A DNA stretch of 45,480 nt, filler included, from Sphacelaria rigidula (GCA_964200075.2; 2 parts of 2 records of this genome joined end to end with filler, not necessarily neighbours in it), one strand, 5' to 3'; numbered from the whole stretch's first letter, positions 13,108-23,566 are shown. Numbers and translations are program-made. The notes: a model not told the origin generated them from the letters alone.

Positions 13108-14195
13108 CTGAGCAATCAAGGAAAAGGTGCAATACGATTGCATTAGCCGAGGCACATGCAACCTCGGGCAGCGTGGTTTTCGTCCGAGATGTTTCCGTCT
13201 TTTTCGTTGCATCAACCAAGGTAGATTTTACGGTGTGATACGAGAACAAGCCGTGCGCGTAGGAGGCAAGAGATAGGCAATGGCCGTGACCGCTAAGCAG
13301 GGCGAGATCTGGGATATCCACACCGCAAAAACGGTCTGATGCGGCACTGATTGATGTCGCATGATCGCATTTTTTGCCCGTGCCGGCGCACTGCCTCGCA
13401 CAACATACGAACAACCGCGAATGCGGCTATTCGGCGCCAGAATAAGGAGCCAAAATAGCGATGGTGAGAATATCATCCTCCCCCCCCCGTTCGGGCTATT
13501 GTCCGGTGCAAATCTGTGAACGGGAATGCGAAGCTTTTCGCTATCCAGTTGATAGGGAAGTGCTTCATTTCCTGAAATATCACGCAGCCGAGCCGCTCAG
13601 CGGTACAGACACGAAGGGGAGGTGTGGTCCTCGTGGCTGAAGGCTGGTGAGCAATATGTTTGAGGGATTGAACCGAGCCCAAGTCAAGATGAAAACCTGC
13701 GGCTCAAATAAGGGGAAATGTTACTTATATGTTTCACCGCAGCTGTCCAGCTGAAACGGAGTTTTGTAGCGCTCCTGACAGCTATTTCAATTAAACATCA
13801 TGACCGGATATTCACACGATTGAAGTCAAATTCGTTCGCTCTTGTTTCAAGCCTTGGGCTCAACGAAAGCCAGCATCTCAAACTGTTAAGGTACGTTTTA
13901 TGTTGCGGGACGCTGCGTCTACTGTGTTAAAATAGATCAAGAGGTGGCCGACCTTGAGCCAAAACAAAATGCATGAAAAACAACGAAGCTGAGGCTGGGT
14001 GGTGATATTTTTGAACTCACCAAAGATGGGCGATGGCATTGGCTGATCGCATCGCGGGGATTAGCTAAAACAAAAGGCGTGATTTCCGCCGTCTGTGTGA
14101 TGAGGACCACCCCACCTCAGAAAGCGAAGAGTAGTTGAGTCATCTCTACATCTATCCTAAGACCCCGAGATAAAGCTTATCCTTCGATTGCTCAC

Positions 14196-15690
14196 CGTAC
14201 GAAGGCCATGTCCTCTCTCATGATCCTATCCATCCTGAACTTCACGTTCATCTGGTCCCTGAAGACGCTCGAGACGCGCTCCACCAAGGCTTTGAGCTCG
14301 CCATCCGAGGAAAAAGCCGTCTCTTCTTCTTCACCACGGATGAGACCAAGGCCGGGGAACCCGTACCTGGCGTCGTTGATCAGCTCGCTAATCTGGTCGC
14401 CCACGTCGTGCAAGACGCTCCTTGCACTCTCGTCATGTACACCACCCCTTGCGTGGCATTCGATCCACGAGGTCCCATCATCAGTAGCCCGAAGCTCGTA
14501 CAGCAACACCAGGTGGTTCTTGAAGCTGAAACAGACCCCACGCTTCCAGCACGCCGTGATGCGCCCTTCCCCGCGTCCACACCATGCGAGAAGCCGAGGC
14601 ACCAGTTCGGGAGGCACGGCGTGCGCACCAATAAGCTTGAGCTTCTGTGAATAAATCGCACACCCGGGCTTCCGCTCCAGAAGCTTTGCTGGGTCCACTT
14701 CTGTCCCGGCTTCCTTTGGGAGACAGCTTGCGACAACGTAGCAGTCCGGTATGAAGTCATCGTAACCGTCACGAACTCGAAACATGAACCGGACATCAAG
14801 CAAGCTGCCCACCATCACGCTGATGTCCTCCTCCGACAAGTTGAGAGGCGGCGCTTGTTGACTTGCCTGGCCCACTTCCATGTCTCGCTGCCACAGAAAT
14901 TCCAGGTAGTCCTTGCTCACTTCTCCAGCCTGGACGAACCTCTTGTGCTGGTGCGAGAGTGGAAGGAGCTTTGGCCTTACTGATGACGATGCTTCCATCT
15001 CTTTGACCACCTCTGCCTGCTGCACGGGTCTACCTTCACGCCGACAATGCGGCGCACCACGTCAGCAAACCGGGACGGGTTCACGTGAATGATGATGTTG
15101 CTAGTTCCACCTTTCTGTTGAGCTCCTCCGCCTCCGTCAACCCGAGCCAGAAGAATCGCACCGTGAGCCTCATTTAGCTCGATGGCTTCGCGGAACACCC
15201 GTCTTTCCTGTCTTTGAAAAAACAATTTGGAAACCCGAGTGAACACGGTTTGCTGTTCGACAAAAAGAGACAGGGCCTCTGAGAACCCAATGAACGTTCG
15301 GGCTTCTTTGTGAGCCCCCCTCCCGAAGCCTTCGCGATACCTCGGCTGGAGTACCGTCCGAATCACCCAAATCCGCTCCCCGACGAACTGCTTCCAGCGT
15401 TGCGATGGCTGGCAAATAAGGCTCAGGTACGATGCTCATGACCGATGCGAACGAGTACCCCTCGTATCCGCTGTAGGCAATGTGCTCGATACGCTTCTGA
15501 AGCAGGTCAACATCGTGCCCTTCCGAGGAAGCGAGGTTCAGCGCAAGAACCTCGTCGTCCATCACAACGCGAAGGGGTTGGAAGCGGCGGTAGTCCTCCG
15601 AGTCCCGCTGTCCCTTCCCAACATCTTTTTCCCAGCGGTCTTTGGCCGACGCACATTCGGAGCGGATCCGATTCACGACCTTGGCCACAT
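14196..15690 (-). CDS. ROCO large exon: COR-like region (two frameshifts)
   Basis: Three overlapping ORFs (15170-15688, 14977-15366, 14192-15025) join into one protein via +1 at the C6 run 15315-15320 and -1 at ~15027. Confidence 0.85.
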
Positions 15691-16984
15691 CTGTTGATCA
15701 CGGACACAAGGGGTTATTTTGAACAACAGCGAACTTAAGTACTTCGTGTCGTAAGGTCATCGGAAGCTGTACTGAAGCTGATCGCTTGGAAATCGACCGC
15801 CCGCAGGATTTTTTTACGAGAGATGCGCGGACGAGAGTAACGGAATCGACAAGTGAAATCCGCTGGGTTGAGAATCGAACCTTCTAGGATGCCACTCATT
15901 TGGCTTGCTCAACTGTAGTCATTAGAGCCCCCGCCGCCTCAACACTCCCAACACTACCGAAAGAATACGAGAGAGCGCACGGGCCGGAGAGATCGCACCC
16001 CCGTGCGAAATAGAGTCAAGAACGAAGGGATCTTAGTCGCTATCGCACGAGTATCGGAGAGGTGCGATCTCTCCGATACCGAATGGTTCCGGGGCACTTG
16101 TTTTAGCTGCTGGTGTATCGCGGTTTTATCGTGAGTGAGCTCCACTGCTGTGTAGTTCTTGGGGAGCCGTCGAGTATCACATGCTTAGAACACTCGGAAC
16201 ACAGGATACTGCCATTTGGTTCCTTCGCATAATTTATGCATTCAACCACTCACGCAGAAAATCAAATGTGTCTTGACTTTCGTTAACCTATTCAGTATCG
16301 CGCGTATCGGAGATATGGCACCCGGGTGCGATAAAATGTAATTTGATTTTCGCACGGGGATCGGAGAGACTGTACGAATCGAAATATATCGAACCCCCCC
16401 TCCGATGAAAAGTGAAGAACGGAATCATTTGAAAAACGATCGCACCCCCGTGCGTTTTCTCGCATTCTTACGGCATACATTTAGCCATTGGCTCTGCCAC
16501 TAAATGTACACAGCGCGTTCACGCGGGACCCGATAGCTTCCATCACTCTGTTTCCGTTCCGCGGAACTTGATCAGGCGGAGTCAAGCATGCGAAGTGCGG
16601 CCTTACCGACGATGGCATCCAATACTGGGCGGTTGACTCACGATTAACAAAAAATAAAACTAGTCTCACTCAAAGCATACGTGGCTTGGAATCCCGGCGC
16701 ACGTGAGTTATTTCTCACTTCAAGTCTAGCAGTGGAGAGCGCTCGTTCGTGTGTACACAGTTCTAAGGGAGGAGACTGTTCAACTCTTCTAGTGGTGAAA
16801 CTGAAGGGATTACAGGGATAGACCTCGGATAGGCAGGTGGGGGCCCCAGGCAGACAGGACCGTTCTACGTGATCCCGGATTGGAACTCCCCGGCAGAAAA
16901 GCTGCGAGTGCTGGTCAAATGGGACGGGGGGCGGGAAAGGACAAGGGTACATCACAACAGTAACAGTTCGCCCCCACGGCCTAC

Positions 16985-17195
16985 CTCTCTTGAAGCCATC
17001 CTTTCGCGCTCTGGACTCGGCAAGATTCGATCCAAACAAATCGCTGTGTGTTCCCACGAGCAAAACCACGGCACCAGGGACTCTAGACTGAAGAATGTCA
17101 AGCCACTGCTCGAGCGCATCCTCCGGCGATTTCTTCACCGAACACGCATACAAGTCCACTACCAGGATGAGCAGAGCGCCTGCAGTGAGGAACAT
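16985..17195 (-). CDS. ROCO exon: ROC C-half
   Basis: cag|MFLTAGALLILVVDL...QWLDILQSRVPGAVVLLVGTHSD...G|gtag. Confidence 0.9.
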
Positions 17196-17367
17196 CTGGA
17201 TAACAGGCGGGCAGCGTCAAGGCAAGGGCGAGAGCATATGCGTAGTTGCCGTGAGCTTCTCAAAAGGGACAGAGAACGCTATCACGATACTTCAAAGTAT
17301 CCTATCTAGTCGTATGTACATGGCGGCAAAACGTTAGTCGTTGTTGGCTGTGTGTCAAACCTCCCAC

Positions 17368-17763
17368 CTGGTGCGTGTCGTAGTATTTGCCCAGCAAAAT
17401 CCCACAGGCTCACGTCCAGCGCGACGTTTGGCAACCTTTCCCCTGTGACGGGGCTGGACTCGAGCTTGATGTCCCTGATCTCCACGCCTATCGTGCGCTC
17501 CTCAAGTTCCGGGAGGCGAGAACTGAATCGGTCTTCGAGCCGGCCGGCAATGGTGGTCTTGCCTGCTTCGCCCAATCCCACCAATACAACCGTGAGGCGG
17601 TTGGACCATGTCCTGCCGTAGTCGTCCAAGTCTCTGAGGAACGAAACCGCATGGTCCATGCCCTTCGCCATCACACTGGCTGGTGGCTCCTTCCAGGGAT
17701 TGCCAGAGGTGGAGACATTCGTCGTTCTTGCAGCAAATCCTTCCGCCGCCGCTCTGGCAAATA
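17368..17763 (-). CDS. ROCO exon: ROC GTPase N-half (frameshift at ~17386)
   Basis: GNPWKEPP, VVLVGLGEAGKTT, ERTIGVEI; WDFAGQ is followed by one extra base before YYDTHQ|gt. Confidence 0.88.
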
Positions 17764-18553
17764 CTGACGAGCACAAACGGGCCGAAGCAAGGTGGAAGAA
17801 GGGGTTTGATTCTTACGGAATCGTTTCTTCCGCCGGGACCTCAGGGCGCAAAAGTCCAAGCTACCACCTTTGTGTAAACTGAATCTCGGCAGGCAGGCGA
17901 AAGAGCAACATCGCGGTTGACTAAAACCTAGGAAGCACTTTGTCAGAGTCGGTCCTGAAAAAAGCTGACGTGCAAATTTTGCGGTAAACGCTGACAAATT
18001 AAAGATACCCAAGCGACCGCTGAATTTCGTGATTGTTGAGATACTCGTGAGTGGTCGCGGATGTGTGCGTTGGTGGGTCAAGAACACTCACGCTTTGTTT
18101 TTGTTTTTAATGTTTCGTTTATTTCTCACAACCAAGTGAGAGGGACACAGACGCGCACATCCCAGACCAAGTAAGACCACCAATCCGCATCTTGAAAATG
18201 CCTCGAAATTACCATGAGAATAATTGCTGCTCTGACCGCGTCGCATTTGTACAGCGCTGCTTCCGCTTGCGGTATGCTGCCACAAGAGAGCCGTTCATTG
18301 AGTTTCCCGCAGATGCACGCCATACAATAGGAACACCTCCTTTGCGTGCTCATGGATGGCCGGTCCTCCTCCTGCCGACACCAACTGCGAACAATAGATT
18401 ACCCTGCTCATCCACGCGGGAGAAAAACATACGTTTTCTCCCCGGCGTCTAGAACGCCTACTAACCCACGGTGGGTGAGTAGGTGGGTGTTCTTGAGAGC
18501 GGGGAATTATTTGTTTTTGCCCGCTTAACTCGTATTTGTTTTTCTGCTTGCAG

Positions 18554-18625
18554 GTCCCATCCCCGCGGAGCTAGGGAAGCTTGGGGCCCTTCTGGAACTT
18601 AGGCTGTGGGGCAACGAGCTGGGTG
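18554..18625 (+). other. Intact antisense 72-nt LRR exon module (GPIPAELGKLGALLELRLWGNELG), inverted relative to the host gene
   Basis: ttgcag| ... G|gtgagt; 72 nt; phase 1-1; no stops; polypyrimidine tract intact. Confidence 0.92.
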
Positions 18626-18776
18626 GTGAGTTTTCTCAACTGGAAAGTCACTTGAGTCAATTTTCGGCTTCCATAGAAGATGTGTCCTGCGTACGCGTAG
18701 GCAGGATTCATGCTCGTTCCTCAGCTGAATTCAAAATATATAAAAATGAGTAATATGTCTGATTCTCTGGACTCAC

Positions 18777-18848
18777 CATCCAAATTGTTGAAGCTGAGGT
18801 CGACGGCCACCAAGGAGTGGAGATCTCCTAGCTGCGGCGGAATTTGCC
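18777..18848 (-). CDS. Sense 72-nt LRR exon (GQIPPQLGDLHSLVAVDLSFNNLD)
   Basis: ctcgcag| ... G|gtgagt; exactly one 24-aa LRR; phase 1-1. Confidence 0.92.
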
Positions 18849-19027
18849 CTGCGAGTAAGGGAGCAAACACGACTTCAGCGGGGAATAACGAAAAATATTT
18901 TCCCTGCTCCTGGAAGGCTACTCACCCACGCGAGTAGGTGTTCTACACGGCATAGGCAAAAAATATGTCGAGAAGCCGGGAGATTTTTAACAACTCCCCG
19001 CCGACTTCGTTTTCTTTTTGGCTGCAG

Positions 19028-19083
19028 GCCTTCCAGCTTCACAACACTGAGGCTCCTCTTCCTTGAAAAAAAACAGTTGAGTG
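19028..19083 (+). pseudogene. Decayed antisense LRR exon (56 nt; ...TLRLLFLEKKQLSG)
   Basis: ctgcag| ... G|gtgagt boundaries; LRR-like 3' half; 16 nt shorter than the 72-nt module. Confidence 0.75.
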
Positions 19084-19499
19084 GTGAGTCACACGAAAAA
19101 CGCGAGTTCCTGGTTTTCTGAGCTCAAAACGCGGGCGCACAACCACTTTGACATGCGGAATTTTAACAACATCACGCTGTGCCGCGGCAGTTAGGAAGTC
19201 TCAGCTCGGTGCATGCGGAAACAACAGGCCGGAGAAAAATAAGAACTCTGCGGAAAAGCAAGACCACTGTTACAAAAGCCTGTTTTATACATGGGTGCGA
19301 GGAAGATGTTTCAGAAAAACAACGCTTGGGATTTACCCGGGAAGGGGAACACGATAATAGGCCGTTGAGCGGGGCGTCTTCGGATGTCGAAGAGACAAGT
19401 CTCCCTGATTTGAAAACTGCCAAAATCCCCACGATTTCACACCGCGAGACAAATACACCGTTGATTTCACCACACAGCGTTCGCGACGTTTCCCCAGGC

Positions 19500-19988
19500 A
19501 TGGCTGCGAAAAGCCACGGCGGATGGATGTCAGCAAGGAAACCAACCGCCAAGCCTACCGGACCCGTGCGGAACGGATTCGTGGTCGAGATCGCTCCAGA
19601 GTACGACAAAAGACGCATACGAGCCTTGCAAAACAAAAGATACCGAAGGTCGTCTGTGTACCAGCAGCACTTGAAAGCCAGGAAAATTGATGTGGTGTAC
19701 AGGTGGCGCGTGTTCCAGGAGCAGGCTAAAAGGCGGAATATCAAAGTGTCGATTAGCTTTGACGAATACAGCAGCATCGTGCGCACAGCGTGCTGGTACT
19801 GCGGCGACTTCACATACAAGGGGTATTCAGGCGTCGACCGCGTGCAGACCGCGGGCACGTACCAGAAGGACGACGTTGTGGCTTCCTGTAAAACTTGCAA
19901 TCTTATGAAAGGATCACTTTCGGTCCACGAATTCCTGGGAAAGGTCAAGCACATCGCAAGAGCGCAACAAGTCACGTCCGTAGGGTAG
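19500..19988 (+). CDS. Intronless HNH-like (His-Me finger) endonuclease of viral/phage type, nested antisense in ROCO intron 1
   Basis: AKRRNIKVSISFDEY...CWYCG...GVDRV...TY..DDVV.SCKTCNLMKG..S..EFL matches the CxYC/GxDR/CxxCNxMK HNH family. First in-frame ATG at 19500; the frame is open upstream to ~19179. Confidence 0.8.
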   Translation: MAAKSHGGWMSARKPTAKPTGPVRNGFVVEIAPEYDKRRIRALQNKRYRRSSVYQQHLKARKIDVVYRWRVFQEQAKRRNIKVSISFDEYSSIVRTACWYCGDFTYKGYSGVDRVQTAGTYQKDDVVASCKTCNLMKGSLSVHEFLGKVKHIARAQQVTSVG

Positions 19989-20005
19989 GCCTTGAAATAA
20001 AGTAC

Positions 20006-20180
20006 CTTTGAGATTGTTGCCGCCCAGAGAGAGCCTCACGACGCGGCCGTCGTCGTTGACTTCGACTCCGAGCCAACCTTTGATCGGGGCATCCGTGCCC
20101 CAATTGGTGTTGTTGTTCCAATTAGCTCCACCGGTCGACCGATGCAGGACAAGCAGTACGTCACGATCGGCCGAAGCCAT
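20006..20180 (-). CDS. ROCO exon 1: LRR N-terminal cap
   Basis: ATG at 20180; 175 nt ending AAA G|gtact (phase 1). Confidence 0.9.
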
Positions 20181-21892
20181 GGTCGAGAGAGGACCTGTGA
20201 GCATTGAAGGAGGGGCGTGCGGGACAAAACGAAAATATAGTGTCGGCGTTTGGCGAAATCGTTTTCTGTCGGGGTAGGGTGAAAAGCATTTTGGAATTAT
20301 GGAATGGCTTGCGCGAAAAACCATCTTGATCGAAATACAAACGCGTGTCGTCACTGTTGTAGTGTTGTATTTTGCGTAGATATCTGCGCATTGCAGGAGC
20401 ATCACTCTCGTCATCACGAGGTGAAGCCCGACAATGGCCACTTGGCTTTGGGGTCTGGCTTGATGGCATTGGTCTTTGATTGATTATGCCTCACCGTTTC
20501 AGGTGTTAGATGATTGGCATACTTCCCCTTTTCTTTCGGTCACGAGTTCCGTTTGACATGGTTCATGTATGACATGCCAAGGAGGTGTGTCATTTACGCA
20601 TTATGGTTACAGGAACGGAATGGATACTGGTGTCGAAGGAGCAGGGAGAGGGGGGCAAAGAGGGCGGGAATATATTGCGTGGTCTGCTTCTGTCCGTGGA
20701 ACGAAACACCGTAGTTAGTTACTCGCGGCGTGGATTTAGCACCAAGAAGCACACCTGTGCGCTTCACTAGTTTAGTTTCCGTCGTTCGGTCTCGTCGTGT
20801 TCTACTTTCCTTCGACTGAGTGTCTTGCGGAGTTGTGTACACCACCGTTACAGCAGTGTTGGTCAGCGACGCCCAGTCGCTTTTTGCTTTACGCTACGTG
20901 TCCTGGATTGATCCGCGAGAGCGCTGAGGAACGGGTCGCATTAAAATATGATGTGATCATAAGGAAACCAAGCCCAAGCCTACATTTGTGTGTGTGCACG
21001 TCTGAGATGAACGCACTGTGTTAAACGAAGTGAAACAGCGTTGGCATCACCATCCCGATAACGAGAGAGTCCTGTATCCCCTTGACACACACGTTGCCGG
21101 GAGTCGACAATGTTACCAGAAATGCTGCAGCGTGGTAACCCACGAGAGGTGAACGGTGTTCCACCCTGTACCCGAACAACCTTGTGGAAGGTCAATGCTG
21201 ATAAACGCTGTACCCCAACAGCCCTGTGCAAGTTTGATGATGCCTACTCTCGCTAAGTCCTACCCCTGTACACGGGATCGCCCTTCCATGGTTCCAACCC
21301 CAAACACCTTGCAGCCAGAGCCGAATGGGTACGTGTGCAGCCACCGTGGGTAGTCACCGTCGAGGGAAGAGGGCTACACCGCCACCGGTGCGCGTGTTCC
21401 GCGCGTGGTCAAGACGCTTTCTGTCGAAAGCCCCTGCGAGGTGTGTTTGGACTCGGATTTTATTTTTCACCAGGGCTAAATAATACGGAGTACTATTTTT
21501 TATTGCGTGCGTGAAGCACACTTGTATCCATTATCTTGTGAAAACGATGATGGCTTGATGCTTGTCCAAATTTTGCTGGGCTGGACTTCCCGCCCGTGCA
21601 CACCCGTGCACACATTTTTTTTTGTCGTGCACTTCCCTGGCCGTGCACCACCGGAGCGACCACGAATGGTCTGTGGAAATTTTCTCCGGGTTGCAGTCCT
21701 TAGTTTCGTCGACACACGCAGTTCTTGGATCGTGTCGCATCTCCTCCGGATGTATTTTTGTGTGTGTGAGTGTTCGTGTATGCATGCATCAAGTTAAAAA
21801 ACGAGCCGCGCGCCCTGCGTCCGACCACGTAGTATTTCCCACCGTTTTACGGGAACGAACGCGGGGTACCTTCACAGCAGGTCCGCCCCCGG

Positions 21893-22080
21893 CGGAGGAC
21901 CATCGGAGTTTTGAGAAGTTTGCAGATCGTCGGAAATCAAGCGGGGGACCATCGGAGATTGAGAAGCTTGCAGACCGTCGGGAATCAGGCGGGGGACCAT
22001 TCGAGATTGAGAAGTTTGTAGACCGTTGGGAATCAAGCGGGGGACCATCGGAGATTGAGAAATTTGCAAACCGTCGGGAA
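21893..22080 (+). repeat. 48-bp tandem repeat, ~4 copies
   Basis: Unit gggggaccatcggagattgagaagcttgcagaccgtcgggaatcaggc. Confidence 0.9.
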
Positions 22081-22692
22081 CAAACCATCCAGCTATTATA
22101 CCCACCCTCCCTTTCATTCAAACATTCCTCCTCCACTTGACAGTCATCTTCACCACCTCGCTCGCCATCCTATCTCCAAGCACAGCCGCCCCGGAACCTG
22201 GCCCATCCAGTCGAGTATAAATATCTTCTACGGATTCTTTTTCGCAAGGGGTTTGCAAACGGGTGAAAAGTTCGGGGGAGGACCCAGAGGTGAGCGACGC
22301 ATGCATGTGGGGTAGAAACAGCAGCACAGCCGAGAACCATCGGAAGCTCCACACTCCGAGGACGTGTCCGCTCGAGCAGAGAGGGGGGCGTGCCCAACAT
22401 CCACATGGGGTTCGCCTTTGTTCGTGCCTCCACGGCGTTAGACGACCAGCATATCCGAAATATTTGTCCGACGTTTCAAAGATCGAATGGAAAGTTGACA
22501 ATGTCGCCATTCAGCGCAACAACGCATGGTCAGCCGATGACGCGTCCCCACGTGCATACCCCAAGCGGATTCGTACCGAGTCATCCTACGATAGGGAGGG
22601 GGGTATTTTTGGGCCATTTGTTGCTCGAAATTCCGAGTCAGATCGTCGTTGAAAGCAGCAACGATTGTTCGAACAAGCTTGTTGTGGATCAA

Positions 22693-22792
22693 NNNNNNNN
22701 NNNNNNNNNNNNNNNNNNNNNNNNNNNNNNNNNNNNTTAATTAATTAANNNNNNNNNNNNNNNNNNNNNNNNNNNNNNNNNNNNNNNNNNNN
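22693..22792. other. Assembly gap with artificial TTAATTAATTAA linker
   Basis: 44 N + TTAATTAATTAA (22737-22748) + 44 N, 100 nt in total. Confidence 0.95.
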
Positions 22793-23323
22793 GATTGAGT
22801 GCGAGCCTGGTCCGACGAAAACGCGGCGTGCACCGTCCCGGCTTTGTGAGGATGCGAGGTCAATGGTATCATGACTATGGCATGCATAATCATGAGTACA
22901 CCCCCCCCTCCACCTCCTTTTGAGACCCGTCGGCAGGCGCAAGAGAAAAAGTCATCTCTCTCCCGGTACCCACGTCAAACTTTACTGTCGACTTCCATCA
23001 GCACGCCCGCAATTTGTCGATTTCCGTCCTTACGCTTTCCACGACAGAAATATGTGAAATACAACACTCATGTTCGAAAACCCGAATCCGCTCAAACCGG
23101 CCATGGATGCACCATTGTAAGCACCAAAGCGCAGTGGCACTCACCTATACAGCTCGAGACAAAAAAAAAAAAAACGCCGGATCCATGACAGAAGCGACTG
23201 CTGGTCGACCGAACGGTGTCCGACGGGCTTCTTGAAAGAGGAATACGCAAAAAATAGCGTCATCGCAAAGAACCACTATCAAGAAAGTTTCAACCAGCGT
23301 GACGGTTTGACTTCAAGACTCAC

Positions 23324-23522
23324 CTTTCGATTAGCCATGTCAAGGAGGTATGACGACAGCGCGGTAGTAGTGCGGTCACACGTGTATTCCGGCGTCTGCA
23401 TCTCATGTCCCAGGAAGACATTCAAAGTTGGAAACGCCTGTGACGCGAGAACGGCATGACGTGGGAGGTTTTTGACGAGCCTCGTGAGAGCAGATCATCA
23501 CAACAACAACAACAACAACAGC

Positions 23523-23566
<44 letters not shown>

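Larger units (their letters stand above)
11792..20180 (-). pseudogene. LRR-ROC-COR (ROCO family) GTPase gene, frameshifted; exons 20180-20006, 18848-18777, 17763-17368, 17195-16985, 15690-14196, 13107-12882, 12503-12219, 11989-11792
   Basis: LRR N-cap (MASADRDVLLVLHRSTGGANW...GRVVRLSLGGNNLK), LRR exon, GNPWKEPP, P-loop GLGEAGKT, RTIGVEI, WDFAGQ..YYDTHQ, VLLVGTHSD, COR-like region, C-terminal WPIPRLV/FFLCAQD. All introns GT-AG with consistent phases. Frameshifts at ~17386, ~15315 and ~15027. Confidence 0.9.

Noticed and set aside
15862-15935. tRNA-like sequence on the minus strand (B-box GGTTCGATTC)
   Set aside because: No convincing cloverleaf or acceptor stem; at most a decayed SINE head.
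15952-16793. CACTA...TAGTG transposon
   Set aside because: The termini do not match beyond 5 bp and there is no 3-bp TSD.
19172-19975. 267-aa minus-strand ORF overlapping the HNH ORF
   Set aside because: No recognisable motifs, not in frame with ROCO exon 1; treated as a shadow of the plus-strand HNH gene.
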